From Escherichia coli (GTDB lineage: Bacteria; Pseudomonadota; Gammaproteobacteria; Enterobacterales; Enterobacteriaceae), in the NCBI RefSeq assembly GCF_024223415.1, contig NZ_CP100500.1: a stretch of DNA of 64,000 nucleotides; one strand, 5' to 3'. This document shows positions 23,263 through 32,632 of this stretch, one piece after another. The notes under the pieces were generated by a model. The model saw only the letters and a program-made list of their open reading frames with translations, was not told the origin of the DNA and made no database searches. Each line of letters starts with the position of its first letter. Positions within the stretch are counted from its first letter, which is position 1. A program made the position numbers and the translations under genes.

Positions 23263-23676
23263 ATGAAGAGCGTTAAGGGACTTTCAGATATTCAGGATTT
23301 TTTTAACTGGATGTGGGCGGTGGATCCACGCCTCGCTTCCCGTCTCAATGACCTGCATGACTATTACCGCCGCGCCTGTAAACAGGCCGCCAGCAGCGCC
23401 ACCACATACGGGAATTTTTCCTTCACCGTTGATGACCGTTACCGCGTGGATGTCAGAGACCAGAACCACAGCATGGTGCTGGGCCTGTTCCACATCAACG
23501 GGTGCGACAGCAGCGTTATCAGCTGGTCATCGTCAGAAATGGTGCTCGTTCTGGAAATGACCACCCACAGCGTGGTCGTGAAAGGGATTAAAACAGCAGA
23601 AGACTTTATCGCTGAATACCAGCGCCTTCTTGTGCTGTACCGGGCTGCATTTGAGAAGGCAACAGCAGGGGAGTAA
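23263..23676 (+). CDS. hypothetical protein upstream of the replication gene
   Basis: 137-aa ORF immediately preceding gene A. Confidence 0.5.
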   Translation: MKSVKGLSDIQDFFNWMWAVDPRLASRLNDLHDYYRRACKQAASSATTYGNFSFTVDDRYRVDVRDQNHSMVLGLFHINGCDSSVISWSSSEMVLVLEMTTHSVVVKGIKTAEDFIAEYQRLLVLYRAAFEKATAGE

Positions 23677-23681
23677 GCGGA

Positions 23682-26192
23682 ATGAGCCATCACCACACGC
23701 ACCTGGCGTACCCGTGGAACGCCCCGCTGCCGGTTATTGATCCTGAGACATTCGGCAGAGCATTACCGCAGAAGCCAACCGCATTACAACGGGCAATCCG
23801 TGACTACCTCACCGAAGACATTCGCACTGAGGCCCGGCTGGATGAAGAAACCGTGGCCTTCCTGACAACCACGGACAAAGGTAAGCAAATTAATTCACAC
23901 CTTCACCGGGACGAAGAGCGGCAGATAAGGCTGGATAAGCTGGCACGACACAGACGCGAAAATCCGCCAACGGCGGTATCGGAGGCGATAGCCGAACTTC
24001 GCACCCTGCCCTCGTTTCTTGCCAGTGTGTTGATCCGTGATCTGGCACGACTGAACCGGAAACAGCAAAGTGCCCGCAGTGAAGGTGTAAAAAACAACAG
24101 CGCATACGTGGCCGATAATTTCGTTCGCCGTGGACTGCGTGCGCGCCTGAAACGTATTGAAAGGGTTAACGACCGCTTTGCAACGCCGGCATTCAAAACC
24201 ACCGTCGTGCGCCATCGCCTTGAAGAACTGCTCACACTGCCGCAACTCACCCGTGACGAAATCCAGCGCATCGCCACACTGACAGCCCAGGCATTCGCCG
24301 CAGAATTTGAACGCATATGTGATGAAGTTCTTGAACGGACAGGCAAGGATAATGACAGCCCGGTTATCTGGCTGCTGGCCTACCAGAAGGTGGCACGCAC
24401 AGCCTTAATTCTGGGCGTGGTCCCGCCATACTGGCCGGAACTCGAAATCAGGCACAACCGACGCACACCGCCGGACCCTGAACGGGTTCCGGGTGCGGTA
24501 CTGCGCATCACCTGCGCGACCTGGTGGAACAACCAGTTACGCCACGTCGCCGATCTCTGGCGGGAGGAGTTACTGCGCGCCGCCGGCAGAGTGTCACGTA
24601 AACAATCCCCCTATATCAGCCATGAGTCACTACTGGAGTTCCGCGAGAAGCGCCAGCGCACCCGTGACTTTCTCAAAAGCTGGGATATTGAAAACGAAGA
24701 CGGCGAGCGCCTGAGTCTGGAGGACGTGTACTGGGCTGGCCTGGGTAATCCACGCAACCGCCGCAATGAAATGATGGTCTGCGTCAGAGGGATGGAGATG
24801 GTGGCCGAATTACGGGCTGACGTCGCATTCTTCATCACAGTAACCACCCCTTCCCGCTTTCACAGCGTGAACGAGAACGGCAGCCTGAACCCGAAATACA
24901 ACGGTGCCACAGTACGAGATGCCAGTGATTATCTGGTTTACGACTTCTTCGCAGCCGTAAGAAAAAAAATAAAAAAAGAGGGGCTGGGCTGGTACGGCGT
25001 GCGAACCGCTGAGCCACACCATGACGGCACGCCACACTGGCATATGCTGGTATTCACTTCCCCGGAGAACGCAGAGCGCATCATCGAAATTATGCGCGAA
25101 GCAGCAATTAAATCAGATCGCCACGAACTGGGGGACGATATTTCACCGCGCTTTAAATGCGAGAAGATAGACCCGGAAAAAGGCACACCGGCAAGCTATA
25201 TCGCAACCTATATCGGTAAGAACCTGGACGCCAGCGCTTTCCACAACAATGATCCGAAAACCGGAAAACCTTACGTTGATGAGGAATCCGGGAAAACCAT
25301 GGCGGAAACCGTGGAGAACGCCATTGCCTGGGCAAGCCTTCACCGCATCCGTCAGTTCCAGTTTTTCGGCATTCCGCCCCGCCAGGTATGGCGTGAACTC
25401 CGCCGCCTTGCAAGCCAGATGGAGCGCAACCCGGCATCACCGAAGCACCTCGATCATGACGATATTGACGCCATTATGGCTGCCGCAGATGTGGGATGTT
25501 TTGCCACCTACATCATGAAACAGGGTGGTGTGCTCATTCCGCGCAACCAGTATCTGGTCCGCACCGCATACGAAACCGCAGACGAAGCCAACGACTACGG
25601 TGAATTCCCTCAACGTATCTACGGAATCTGCGCCCCGTCGCTCGGAGAGCGGTACACCATATGCACCCATCCGGACGAGTGGAAACTGGTTAAAAAAGAA
25701 ACAACACCAGACAACCGCACGGGCGAGGGTTTTGACCTTCAGGGCGACCCCGTCGCCCCTTGGACTCGTGGCAATAACTGTCCCCGGGATGAAAAAACAG
25801 ACAATCACGGACCAGAAAACAGGCAGGACCCCGGACGACTGACGCTTCCCGAAGAGAACCTGGAAAGCTGGCTGAATACGTTAAGCAGGGGCGATCGGAG
25901 AAAACTGCGTAATCAGATTAAAAATCAGCCGTCGGGCGCAAAAACCGGACAAAACGACACCACACCGGCATCTGACACCCCTGTAAGGGTGGGGATTGTC
26001 GTGCCTGCGGATACCGCGACGGACACGCAAATCGCCCGCGAACTTGATGCGCTGGGTGTGCAGTTGCCTGACGCGGCCATCATCTCCGTGCGTAACGGTG
26101 CCCGTGTGCGTCTGGATAACGGGGGAACAGCGTACTGGGATGAGTCAGCCCGTCACATCATCACAGAGCAGCCAGTGGAGGCGGGAGCATGA
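23682..26192 (+). CDS. P2 gpA-like rolling-circle replication initiation endonuclease
   Basis: 836 aa with a conserved core including the HxH-type motif (PHWHMLVF) and the surrounding region (FFITVTTPSRFHS...YGVRTAEPHHDGTPHWHMLVF) as in P2/186 A proteins. Confidence 0.85.
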   Translation: MSHHHTHLAYPWNAPLPVIDPETFGRALPQKPTALQRAIRDYLTEDIRTEARLDEETVAFLTTTDKGKQINSHLHRDEERQIRLDKLARHRRENPPTAVSEAIAELRTLPSFLASVLIRDLARLNRKQQSARSEGVKNNSAYVADNFVRRGLRARLKRIERVNDRFATPAFKTTVVRHRLEELLTLPQLTRDEIQRIATLTAQAFAAEFERICDEVLERTGKDNDSPVIWLLAYQKVARTALILGVVPPYWPELEIRHNRRTPPDPERVPGAVLRITCATWWNNQLRHVADLWREELLRAAGRVSRKQSPYISHESLLEFREKRQRTRDFLKSWDIENEDGERLSLEDVYWAGLGNPRNRRNEMMVCVRGMEMVAELRADVAFFITVTTPSRFHSVNENGSLNPKYNGATVRDASDYLVYDFFAAVRKKIKKEGLGWYGVRTAEPHHDGTPHWHMLVFTSPENAERIIEIMREAAIKSDRHELGDDISPRFKCEKIDPEKGTPASYIATYIGKNLDASAFHNNDPKTGKPYVDEESGKTMAETVENAIAWASLHRIRQFQFFGIPPRQVWRELRRLASQMERNPASPKHLDHDDIDAIMAAADVGCFATYIMKQGGVLIPRNQYLVRTAYETADEANDYGEFPQRIYGICAPSLGERYTICTHPDEWKLVKKETTPDNRTGEGFDLQGDPVAPWTRGNNCPRDEKTDNHGPENRQDPGRLTLPEENLESWLNTLSRGDRRKLRNQIKNQPSGAKTGQNDTTPASDTPVRVGIVVPADTATDTQIARELDALGVQLPDAAIISVRNGARVRLDNGGTAYWDESARHIITEQPVEAGA

Positions 26193-26620
26193 CGCGATTT
26201 TGCTGCACCATGCAGCGCCCACAGTTTGAGGCCATCATGCGCCAGCGTATGCCGGTGCTGACACTGTTCAGGCCTGCCACAAGGCCACAACCGGGCGACG
26301 AGCTGGAAATCACGATAGTCAGCCCCGATCGCACCACGGAGACCACCATCGCCGACATACTCAACAGGCGGCCGGGCAGCGAGAGCCATAGCTGGACTGT
26401 CGTCATTCGTCCGCGCCGTTCGCCGGAGGAACCGGAGCCGTGCACGCCTGCCGGGAAAATCATGCAGAGATATCACGAAGAGCGGACACGCAGGCACAAC
26501 GGCGGACTGGCCAGAACACTGAACACAGTCAATCACAAGGCCGCGCTGGCGCGAATGGTCTTTTCACCACAACGCAATTCATTCGCCAGACCAGCACAGA
26601 ACGGGAGGAAACAACAGTGA
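26189..26620 (+). CDS. hypothetical Arg-rich protein coupled to gene A
   Basis: 143-aa ORF whose ATG overlaps the A stop (ATGA); GC-rich like the phage core. Alternative start at MQRPQF. Confidence 0.45.
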   Translation: MTRFCCTMQRPQFEAIMRQRMPVLTLFRPATRPQPGDELEITIVSPDRTTETTIADILNRRPGSESHSWTVVIRPRRSPEEPEPCTPAGKIMQRYHEERTRRHNGGLARTLNTVNHKAALARMVFSPQRNSFARPAQNGRKQQ

Positions 26621-26811
26621 GCAGAATATTACTTTTTCTGCTGTTTTTCGCGCCATTCGCACAATCAGCCACGCCGAACTGCGTAGCGAAAAAGAGCAAC
26701 ACCGTTGTCATTGTCCAGTGTGATGACGGCACGGTAACAATCACCGACTCGAGCAAAGGAAGCGTCATTGTCTGCCGTAAAGAGAAACCCTGTCAGCGAA
26801 CCGAACTTTGA
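26617..26811 (+). CDS. small secreted Cys-containing protein (hypothetical)
   Basis: GTG start preceded by gggagg; product SRILLFLLFFAPFAQSA| has a signal-peptide-like N-terminus, followed by a ~45-aa mature region with four Cys. Confidence 0.45.
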   Translation: MSRILLFLLFFAPFAQSATPNCVAKKSNTVVIVQCDDGTVTITDSSKGSVIVCRKEKPCQRTEL

Positions 26812-26822
26812 AGGAAAAATAT

Positions 26823-27137
26823 ATGAACAGGAAACAGAAGCAGGAACTGAAAGGCTTCTTACGTAAAGAAATTGCCAGGCTGGAAGATGTGGAATCTCAG
26901 TCATCAGATATTCCATTCGGAATGGATATCAACGACGCCTGTATGCTCCAGGTATACCGCATAGCTCAGGCTGCACTACAGGCAAAACCGTCAGATGGAC
27001 TGGTTAGAGCAGTACGTTTCTATGAACTGGTAAAGCGTGAGAATCCGCCAGTCGAAACCGGAGCATGGCAAGACGCTGTTGACTGGGTGCTCAAAGAGGC
27101 TTGTCAGGTTGTAAACACTGGCATCAAAGGAGACTGA
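26823..27137 (+). CDS. hypothetical protein (cargo operon)
   Basis: 105-aa ORF (MNRKQKQELKGFLRKEIARLEDVES...) with an RBS (gaaggaaaaatat), tightly packed with its neighbours. Confidence 0.5.
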   Translation: MNRKQKQELKGFLRKEIARLEDVESQSSDIPFGMDINDACMLQVYRIAQAALQAKPSDGLVRAVRFYELVKRENPPVETGAWQDAVDWVLKEACQVVNTGIKGD

Positions 27138-27138
27138 T

Positions 27139-27348
27139 ATGGCTATTGCCGCAAGTTACACCATGCATCTCTATTGTGATTGTCGCCAGTGTACAAATGG
27201 TAAATATCAAACGCCAGACTTCGGTGAATATATCGGTACGTCATGGACTGGCTGTGCAAAAGAGGCGCGTAAGGATGGCTGGCGAATAAGCAAAGACAAA
27301 ACTCGTGCTTTTGCGCCCGGGCATAAAGTTTTGAGGATTAACAAATGA
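27139..27348 (+). CDS. hypothetical small Cys-rich protein, possible zinc ribbon
   Basis: 69 aa with a CxCxxC ... C arrangement (C13, C15, C18, C39); start overlaps the upstream stop. Confidence 0.45.
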   Translation: MAIAASYTMHLYCDCRQCTNGKYQTPDFGEYIGTSWTGCAKEARKDGWRISKDKTRAFAPGHKVLRINK

Positions 27349-27746
27349 CCACTATAACCAAAGAGCGACTACTGACAATCAGGCAGTGGCGCGAAACATA
27401 CGGACCTGGTAGCAACGTTGTACTGCCAGCCGAAGAAGCGGAAAAACTGGCACGGATTGCTTTGGCATCGCTGGAAGCAAAACCAATAGGTGCTTTCCAC
27501 ATTGCAGAACAGCAGGTCGATGGCACAAGTGACTACATCAAGGATGGGGAGTACCGCTTGCTGACATCTGAAGAACAAAAGATAGCCCAACTTTTAGGCG
27601 ATGCATGGAACCTGTATTTTACATTGCCAGTTGAGCATCCAATGGGTAGAGATGAATTTTGCCGGGCAATTCATCATTGCCAAAATATGGTGTTGGCACG
27701 CCCTGCCATCAGGGCGCTGGCCAGTAAGGGGCAAGGCTATAAATAG
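27345..27746 (+). CDS. hypothetical protein (cargo operon)
   Basis: 133-aa ORF whose start overlaps the upstream stop (ATGA); followed by a terminator. Confidence 0.5.
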   Translation: MTTITKERLLTIRQWRETYGPGSNVVLPAEEAEKLARIALASLEAKPIGAFHIAEQQVDGTSDYIKDGEYRLLTSEEQKIAQLLGDAWNLYFTLPVEHPMGRDEFCRAIHHCQNMVLARPAIRALASKGQGYK

Positions 27747-27761
27747 ATGAGCAAAACGCCC

Positions 27762-27790
27762 TCCTCCAGGGCGTTTATTTCAATGCACAA
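27762..27790 (+). terminator. rho-independent terminator after the cargo operon
   Basis: aacgccct-cctcc-agggcgtt hairpin followed by a T-rich tract. Confidence 0.55.
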
Positions 27791-27792
27791 TA

Positions 27793-27819
27793 GTGCACAA
27801 ATTTGCACAATTTTTTTGA
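27793..27819. promoter_or_regulatory. three TGCACAA direct repeats phased at exactly 10 bp
   Basis: TGCACAA at 27793, 27803 and 27813, i.e. one helical turn apart; candidate protein-binding array. Confidence 0.4.
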
Positions 27820-28236
27820 ACGACTTTTTGCCCTTCCGGCCCGTGTGGCGTCTGGATCCGTCGGGGATCCGTGCGTGCACGAAAAAAGGCCTTTTTCTGC
27901 GCGCAGGTGACGGGGGAACAGCCCGCGTTTCAGGGGGTAAATAGCATTCCCTGAACGATGTTGCAGCGACACAACAGAATGGCTGTATTTCTCACGCTGA
28001 GCGTAAAAAAGACGTAAAAGCTTGATTTGATGGGGGTGAAAGATAAGGCCGTCAAAATCGCACTGAGGCAGCGAGAATATGTCGTCAGAGTTGCGGGGTT
28101 GCGTAAGCATCCGCCCGGCGATGATGGCTACAAGGTTGGAGATGTTGTGAAATTATCTGAAGGAATAACCAGCTTGCAGGAGAACCCGGGCAAAGTCAGA
28201 ATAGCGGCAGGCATCAACTCAAAAGAGGATAATGTC

Positions 28237-28740
28237 ATGAGCCACTTTAATGATTTATGCCAGATCAATCGTGAAGCTGAAGAAAAACGCGCTGAGGCAG
28301 CTCAAATTTTGCGGGATGAAGCGGCAAGGCTGATTGATTTCTATGAAGAATGGCTGGGGCTTCCATCCATGTACTGGGAAGACGATGATGGCGACCTGCA
28401 CCGCTACGTGGAGACAGGCTTGCCATGTAAGACAGCGGCGGATTTTAGTCCTCTTTCAGTCCACAATATCGCATCTGCACCAGACAATATTTTCCGCATG
28501 GCCGTGCGAACCTGGGTTAAGTCATCTGACAGCAGCTACCCGGTAAGCGTGGTTATTGCACTTGAATTATATTCAGTAGATGCGGAACGGGTGTCTCTGA
28601 GAGTCCGGGTGGAAGACGATATTTCTGTTCGCGTATTTATCAATAAACCCAGCGAAGAAGCCTGGGGCGATGTTGTTATGCACATGAAAAAGCACATCGC
28701 TAATCACCTGAAAAAGCGAGCGCCATCAGCACTTCGTTAA
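28237..28740 (+). CDS. hypothetical acidic protein between the cargo operon and the portal gene
   Basis: ORF 28027-28740; ATG at 28237 has the best RBS (aagagga, 7 nt spacer), giving 167 aa (MSHFNDLCQINREAEEKRAEAAQ...). In-frame alternative start at 28030. Confidence 0.5.
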   Translation: MSHFNDLCQINREAEEKRAEAAQILRDEAARLIDFYEEWLGLPSMYWEDDDGDLHRYVETGLPCKTAADFSPLSVHNIASAPDNIFRMAVRTWVKSSDSSYPVSVVIALELYSVDAERVSLRVRVEDDISVRVFINKPSEEAWGDVVMHMKKHIANHLKKRAPSALR

Positions 28741-28755
28741 GCAGAGCTGGAGAGT

Positions 28756-28780
28756 CGGGGCATAAATTTTTTATGCCCCG
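28756..28780. terminator. bidirectional terminator hairpin between the convergent hypothetical gene and Q
   Basis: cggggcataaa/tttttatgccccg palindrome with A/T tracts on both sides. Confidence 0.55.
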
Positions 28781-28806
28781 GCGAAGCAGCAGACAAGCGA
28801 AGCGCG

Positions 28807-29862
28807 TCAGGATATGGGCTGGGTGTCTAACAGTGCGTAAGGGTTAAAACGGATCACCTCTTCGCCCAGCCAGTCGTTGACGTGTTTCATTGCTTCCATG
28901 ACGGGCATCAGTTCGTTAATGGCAAACACACGGGCTGCCTTCTCCACATCCCCGAATGACCCCTTCTCACCCGGCATGGCCCCCATCAGCTGCGGCGGTA
29001 CACGGTGCACGGACAGCACATCATCACGCGATGCAGCCTTGACGTTCATGAACTCATCCTTTGCGGTGATTTGCTGAAACGGCAAAATCTGTACGCCATC
29101 CTTACCACCTCCCGCCGCGTGGATGAGCAGATTTTTAAACGCCCCGCCACCACGCGCGCTTTGCAGTGTTTCCCGCAGTTTTTCCATGCTTTCACGGTCA
29201 ACCTGCGCCGCACCGATGTAGACAATACAGCCCGCGTGTGAGCCGTTATCGTAGTAGAGCTTGCGGAAGATATCGGCGGAATGTGACAGGCTGGCAGACA
29301 GCAGGCCGCCCAGGTAATCCGGCATCCCGTAAATCTCCTGGTTGATATCAGGATTCATCAGGTGGCATATCGTCCCCTCACGAAAGCGGTACTCTTCCTG
29401 TCCTTCCTGTATATACCACCATGATTTCATATCGCTGCCACGTCGCATGTATTTCGCCAGCGCCCGGCGCAGGGCCAGCGGTTCGCCAAGCATGTTGCGC
29501 CGCAGCTCAAGACAGGCATTACCGAACACAAACCAGTCCATCGCCACCCCGGCGAACTCCTGGCGGGACAGCAGAGGATGTGGAATATAGCAGCCCAGCA
29601 GCACATTACGTTTGAAGCTGAGCGCCGACTGGTGCCAGGACGTCTGGCGGGCAGCCCGTGCCAGTCCGTACCAGTCAACGGGCGTTTCAAACCACCGCCC
29701 GTTGTCGGCGCAGTACATGCTGTCCAGCAGGTCGGCCCCTGACAGCCGGTAAGGTCCTTCAAACGTGAAGGCACTTAGTGTCGGGTCGCTTCGCAGGGAA
29801 TCCGCAAGGCTGCCCTGCGCTGCGCGGGCGTTCGTACGTCGTTGTTTATTTTTTCTGCTCAT
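28807..29862 (-). CDS. P2 gpQ-like portal protein
   Basis: 351 aa; size, position next to the terminase gene (overlapping P's stop) and conserved blocks resemble P2 Q. Confidence 0.85.
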   Translation of the reverse strand: MSRKNKQRRTNARAAQGSLADSLRSDPTLSAFTFEGPYRLSGADLLDSMYCADNGRWFETPVDWYGLARAARQTSWHQSALSFKRNVLLGCYIPHPLLSRQEFAGVAMDWFVFGNACLELRRNMLGEPLALRRALAKYMRRGSDMKSWWYIQEGQEEYRFREGTICHLMNPDINQEIYGMPDYLGGLLSASLSHSADIFRKLYYDNGSHAGCIVYIGAAQVDRESMEKLRETLQSARGGGAFKNLLIHAAGGGKDGVQILPFQQITAKDEFMNVKAASRDDVLSVHRVPPQLMGAMPGEKGSFGDVEKAARVFAINELMPVMEAMKHVNDWLGEEVIRFNPYALLDTQPIS

Positions 29863-31613
29863 CAGAACTCCGTAACACTGAAGGGGGCGGCATCATGTTC
29901 ACCGCCGACAGGTTCGTTGATAACGGCCAGCATGGTGGCCCATGCAAGATCGCCATGGCTTACGCCTCTTGCGCGATCTGTTTCGTAGGTGATAAATCCG
30001 GCCTGCGTTTTTGTTTTGCGTACCGCGTTAAAGGCGCTCACCAGTTCGCGCTCGCTGCGGTCGTACTCCCACCGCCCGGCGCGCATGAGCTGCAGCATCT
30101 TCAGAACCAGCGTGCGCTTTGATGACAGGGTGAAGGTGTAGGGAATGGCTGCCGGAAAAAAGCGCTTCACAATCTGATACACCGCATCCCCGTGACCGCC
30201 GGTTACGTCAATACCGATATGCTCAACGTTATAGCGAAAGGTGAACTCTTCAATCACCTTCGCCTGCGCCTCAAACTCCAGCCCCTGCACCCGCCGCGTC
30301 TCCACGGTGCGAAAACGCCCGCCCGGTACGGCTGGCGGCACCACCACGACAACCGCCCCGCTGTCACCGTTCCCGCTACTGCCGTTGGCGTCGTACCCAA
30401 TCCACACAGGGCGGTTCCCCATCGGACGCGGTGCAAACGGCTTCCAGTCCGGCCACTCGTCGTATCCGTCAACACCGCAGCCAATCAGGATATTCAGGTT
30501 AAATGCCGATTCCCCTTCGCGAGCAAATTCACACATGTAGAGATTGCGGAACTCGTCTTCAGTGTTATTGCGCCGGATTTTGTCAATGTTGGTTAACGTC
30601 CATCCCTGACTGACCACATCTTCCAGCGTCACAATTTGCCGCCAGATATAGTCAGGACAGATAAGGCCGTTATGAAGCGCATTCCAGCTCACATCAAAAT
30701 GCTGACGTTTATGAGTACGAAGCCCTTCATTCCAGTGATCGCCGTTCCAGTATGCATACGCCTCATGTGTTTCACTTGATGGCGTGGAAAAATAGGTACA
30801 CCGCAAACCATCCAGCGTTGCCATAGCAGCAGCCACCTTGCGCAGCTCTGCGAAACGCCCCGTCCAGAAAAACTCATCAAAATACAGATTCCCTGTGTAC
30901 GCTTGCGCGGTGGCCGCAGAAGTGCCGAGAAAATGCAGCTCTGCACCGTTGGAGAGGATGACTTTATCGCCCCCTTTCAGTTCCACATCAACTTCAGATG
31001 CAGCCTTCTGAATAATGCTTTTAAACTGGAGCGCCTGACGACGAGACGCAGACAAAAAAATCTGGTTACGCTGGTAAGGTTGTGCCACATCGTCACGCAG
31101 CGCCATCAGCAGCGCTTCCTGCGCAAAATACCAGGTCGCCCCAATCTGGCGGGATTTCAGGATCATCCTGTCAGTAATTCCGGCACGCTCACAGGCACCG
31201 ATAGCATCAAGCCATTTGCGCTGGTGTCCGGCCAGCCTGTCGGTAATTTTTTCCCGCAGCGCCGCGATCTGTTCCGGCGTGAAATGATTTTTGCGTTTTT
31301 TCGCCCGGCCTTTCTTTCCTGTTGCCGTCTCATCCGGCAGACCGTCATGCAGCTTTTTAAGCTGACGGGTCAGCAAATCAATTTCCTTAAAGTCCCCGCC
31401 TGTTTTATTCTGTTTTTCCGTGAGCTGAATGAGTCGCGCATCCATGGACTGCGTGACACGCTGAACCGGGGGCGTCTCATCCCACTGGTCGCGTTTTTTC
31501 CACGAATGGATCGTGTTCTGGTTGATACCCATAAGGCGGGAAATTTCCGCAACAGGGTAACCCTGCCAGTACAGCTGGCGTGCCCGCTGGCGAACAAATG
31601 TATCCTGAATCAT
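29862..31613 (-). CDS. P2 gpP-like terminase large (ATPase) subunit
   Basis: 583 aa; MIQDTFVRQRARQLYWQGYPVAEISRLMGINQNTIHSWKKRD... matches the P2 P N-terminus; divergent from O. Confidence 0.88.
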   Translation of the reverse strand: MIQDTFVRQRARQLYWQGYPVAEISRLMGINQNTIHSWKKRDQWDETPPVQRVTQSMDARLIQLTEKQNKTGGDFKEIDLLTRQLKKLHDGLPDETATGKKGRAKKRKNHFTPEQIAALREKITDRLAGHQRKWLDAIGACERAGITDRMILKSRQIGATWYFAQEALLMALRDDVAQPYQRNQIFLSASRRQALQFKSIIQKAASEVDVELKGGDKVILSNGAELHFLGTSAATAQAYTGNLYFDEFFWTGRFAELRKVAAAMATLDGLRCTYFSTPSSETHEAYAYWNGDHWNEGLRTHKRQHFDVSWNALHNGLICPDYIWRQIVTLEDVVSQGWTLTNIDKIRRNNTEDEFRNLYMCEFAREGESAFNLNILIGCGVDGYDEWPDWKPFAPRPMGNRPVWIGYDANGSSGNGDSGAVVVVVPPAVPGGRFRTVETRRVQGLEFEAQAKVIEEFTFRYNVEHIGIDVTGGHGDAVYQIVKRFFPAAIPYTFTLSSKRTLVLKMLQLMRAGRWEYDRSERELVSAFNAVRKTKTQAGFITYETDRARGVSHGDLAWATMLAVINEPVGGEHDAAPFSVTEF

Positions 31614-31677
31614 TTCTCCCCCTCATGTGATTCAGGCAGTTTACTCACCCCTTACAGGCCTCCTGCCATGCCCGGTG

Positions 31678-31695
31678 TTGTCGGCATTCGCTTAC
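31678..31695. promoter_or_regulatory. candidate Ogr-dependent late promoter element (TGT-N12-ACA) in the P/O divergent region
   Basis: TGTcggcattcgcttACA matches the dyad consensus described for P2/P4 late promoters, between the divergent P and O starts. Confidence 0.5.
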
Positions 31696-31767
31696 AACAA
31701 ACGCACTTTGTCTGTCCCTGCCCCGTTTTGCCATCATGAGACAAACGATCATCACGAGGGCCCGACA

Positions 31768-32604
31768 ATGCCTGAACAGAAAAAAACATCCCGTAAAACA
31801 TTCCGCGTGGCCGTTTCCGGTCCCACCGCAGACGGTCGCGAAATCAGTGCCGCAGATTTGCGCGCGGCGGCCAGTAACTTCAACCCTGAGATTTACGGCG
31901 CACGCGTGAACGTGGAGCACTGGCTTTCACCGGTTCCGTCCAGTGAATTTTCCGCCATGGGTGATGTGACGGCACTGAGCACAGAAGAAATCACCGAAGG
32001 TCCGCTGGTCGGTCGTACTGCGCTGTATGCGGAAATCGAACCCACCGACCGCATGAAAAATCTGGTCTCCCGGGGTAAGAAAATTTACTCCAGTATTGAG
32101 CTGGCACGAAATTTCACCCCTACGGGCACCCCGTATCTTATTGGCCTTGCCATGACAGACACCCCGGCAAGCATCGGCACGGAGCGTCTTCAGTTCGCCC
32201 TGCAGCAGCGCCGTTCGGTCATGACCTTCAATAATCAGCAGACGGAAGCACCGATGTTCTCTGACGCCATTGAGGCTGAAGTGATCGAACTGACGGAGCG
32301 CCGCAGCGAGGAAGGTGCGCAGTGGCTTAACCGCGTGATGAACATGATTGGGCGAGGACGCAGGGCTGACGACACCCGGTTCTCCCGCATTCATGACGCC
32401 GTTGAGGGGATAGCCTCATCGCATGCCGACCTTCTCGACCGCTTCAGTGCACTGGAATCGCGCCATCAGGCAGACAGACAGAAAATCGCCACCCTGTCCA
32501 CTGAGCTGGCAGAGCTGAAAAACAGACTGCGCGGACTGGACGCTGATCAGGAAAGTCGTTTTACGGCAACCGGCGGGCAGTCCAGACAACTGGCTGACTA
32601 CTGA
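31768..32604 (+). CDS. P2 gpO-like capsid scaffolding protein
   Basis: ORF 31627-32604; ATG at 31768 follows gaggg (MPEQKKTSRKTFRVAVSGPTADGREISAADLRAAASN...), 278 aa. Confidence 0.85.
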   Translation: MPEQKKTSRKTFRVAVSGPTADGREISAADLRAAASNFNPEIYGARVNVEHWLSPVPSSEFSAMGDVTALSTEEITEGPLVGRTALYAEIEPTDRMKNLVSRGKKIYSSIELARNFTPTGTPYLIGLAMTDTPASIGTERLQFALQQRRSVMTFNNQQTEAPMFSDAIEAEVIELTERRSEEGAQWLNRVMNMIGRGRRADDTRFSRIHDAVEGIASSHADLLDRFSALESRHQADRQKIATLSTELAELKNRLRGLDADQESRFTATGGQSRQLADY

Positions 32605-32632
32605 CAGAAATAACCACAAGAGGTGATAACCG

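Noticed and set aside
22653-23276. 207-aa plus-strand ORF spanning the non-coding repeat region
   Set aside because: Low-complexity translation crossing a terminator and hairpins; it overlaps the better-supported 75-aa and 137-aa ORFs in other frames.
27750-28236. Possible retron msr/msd ncRNA, since retrons are common in this P2 hotspot
   Set aside because: There is no reverse transcriptase-sized ORF or YxDD motif nearby; the downstream ORF is 167 aa without RT motifs.
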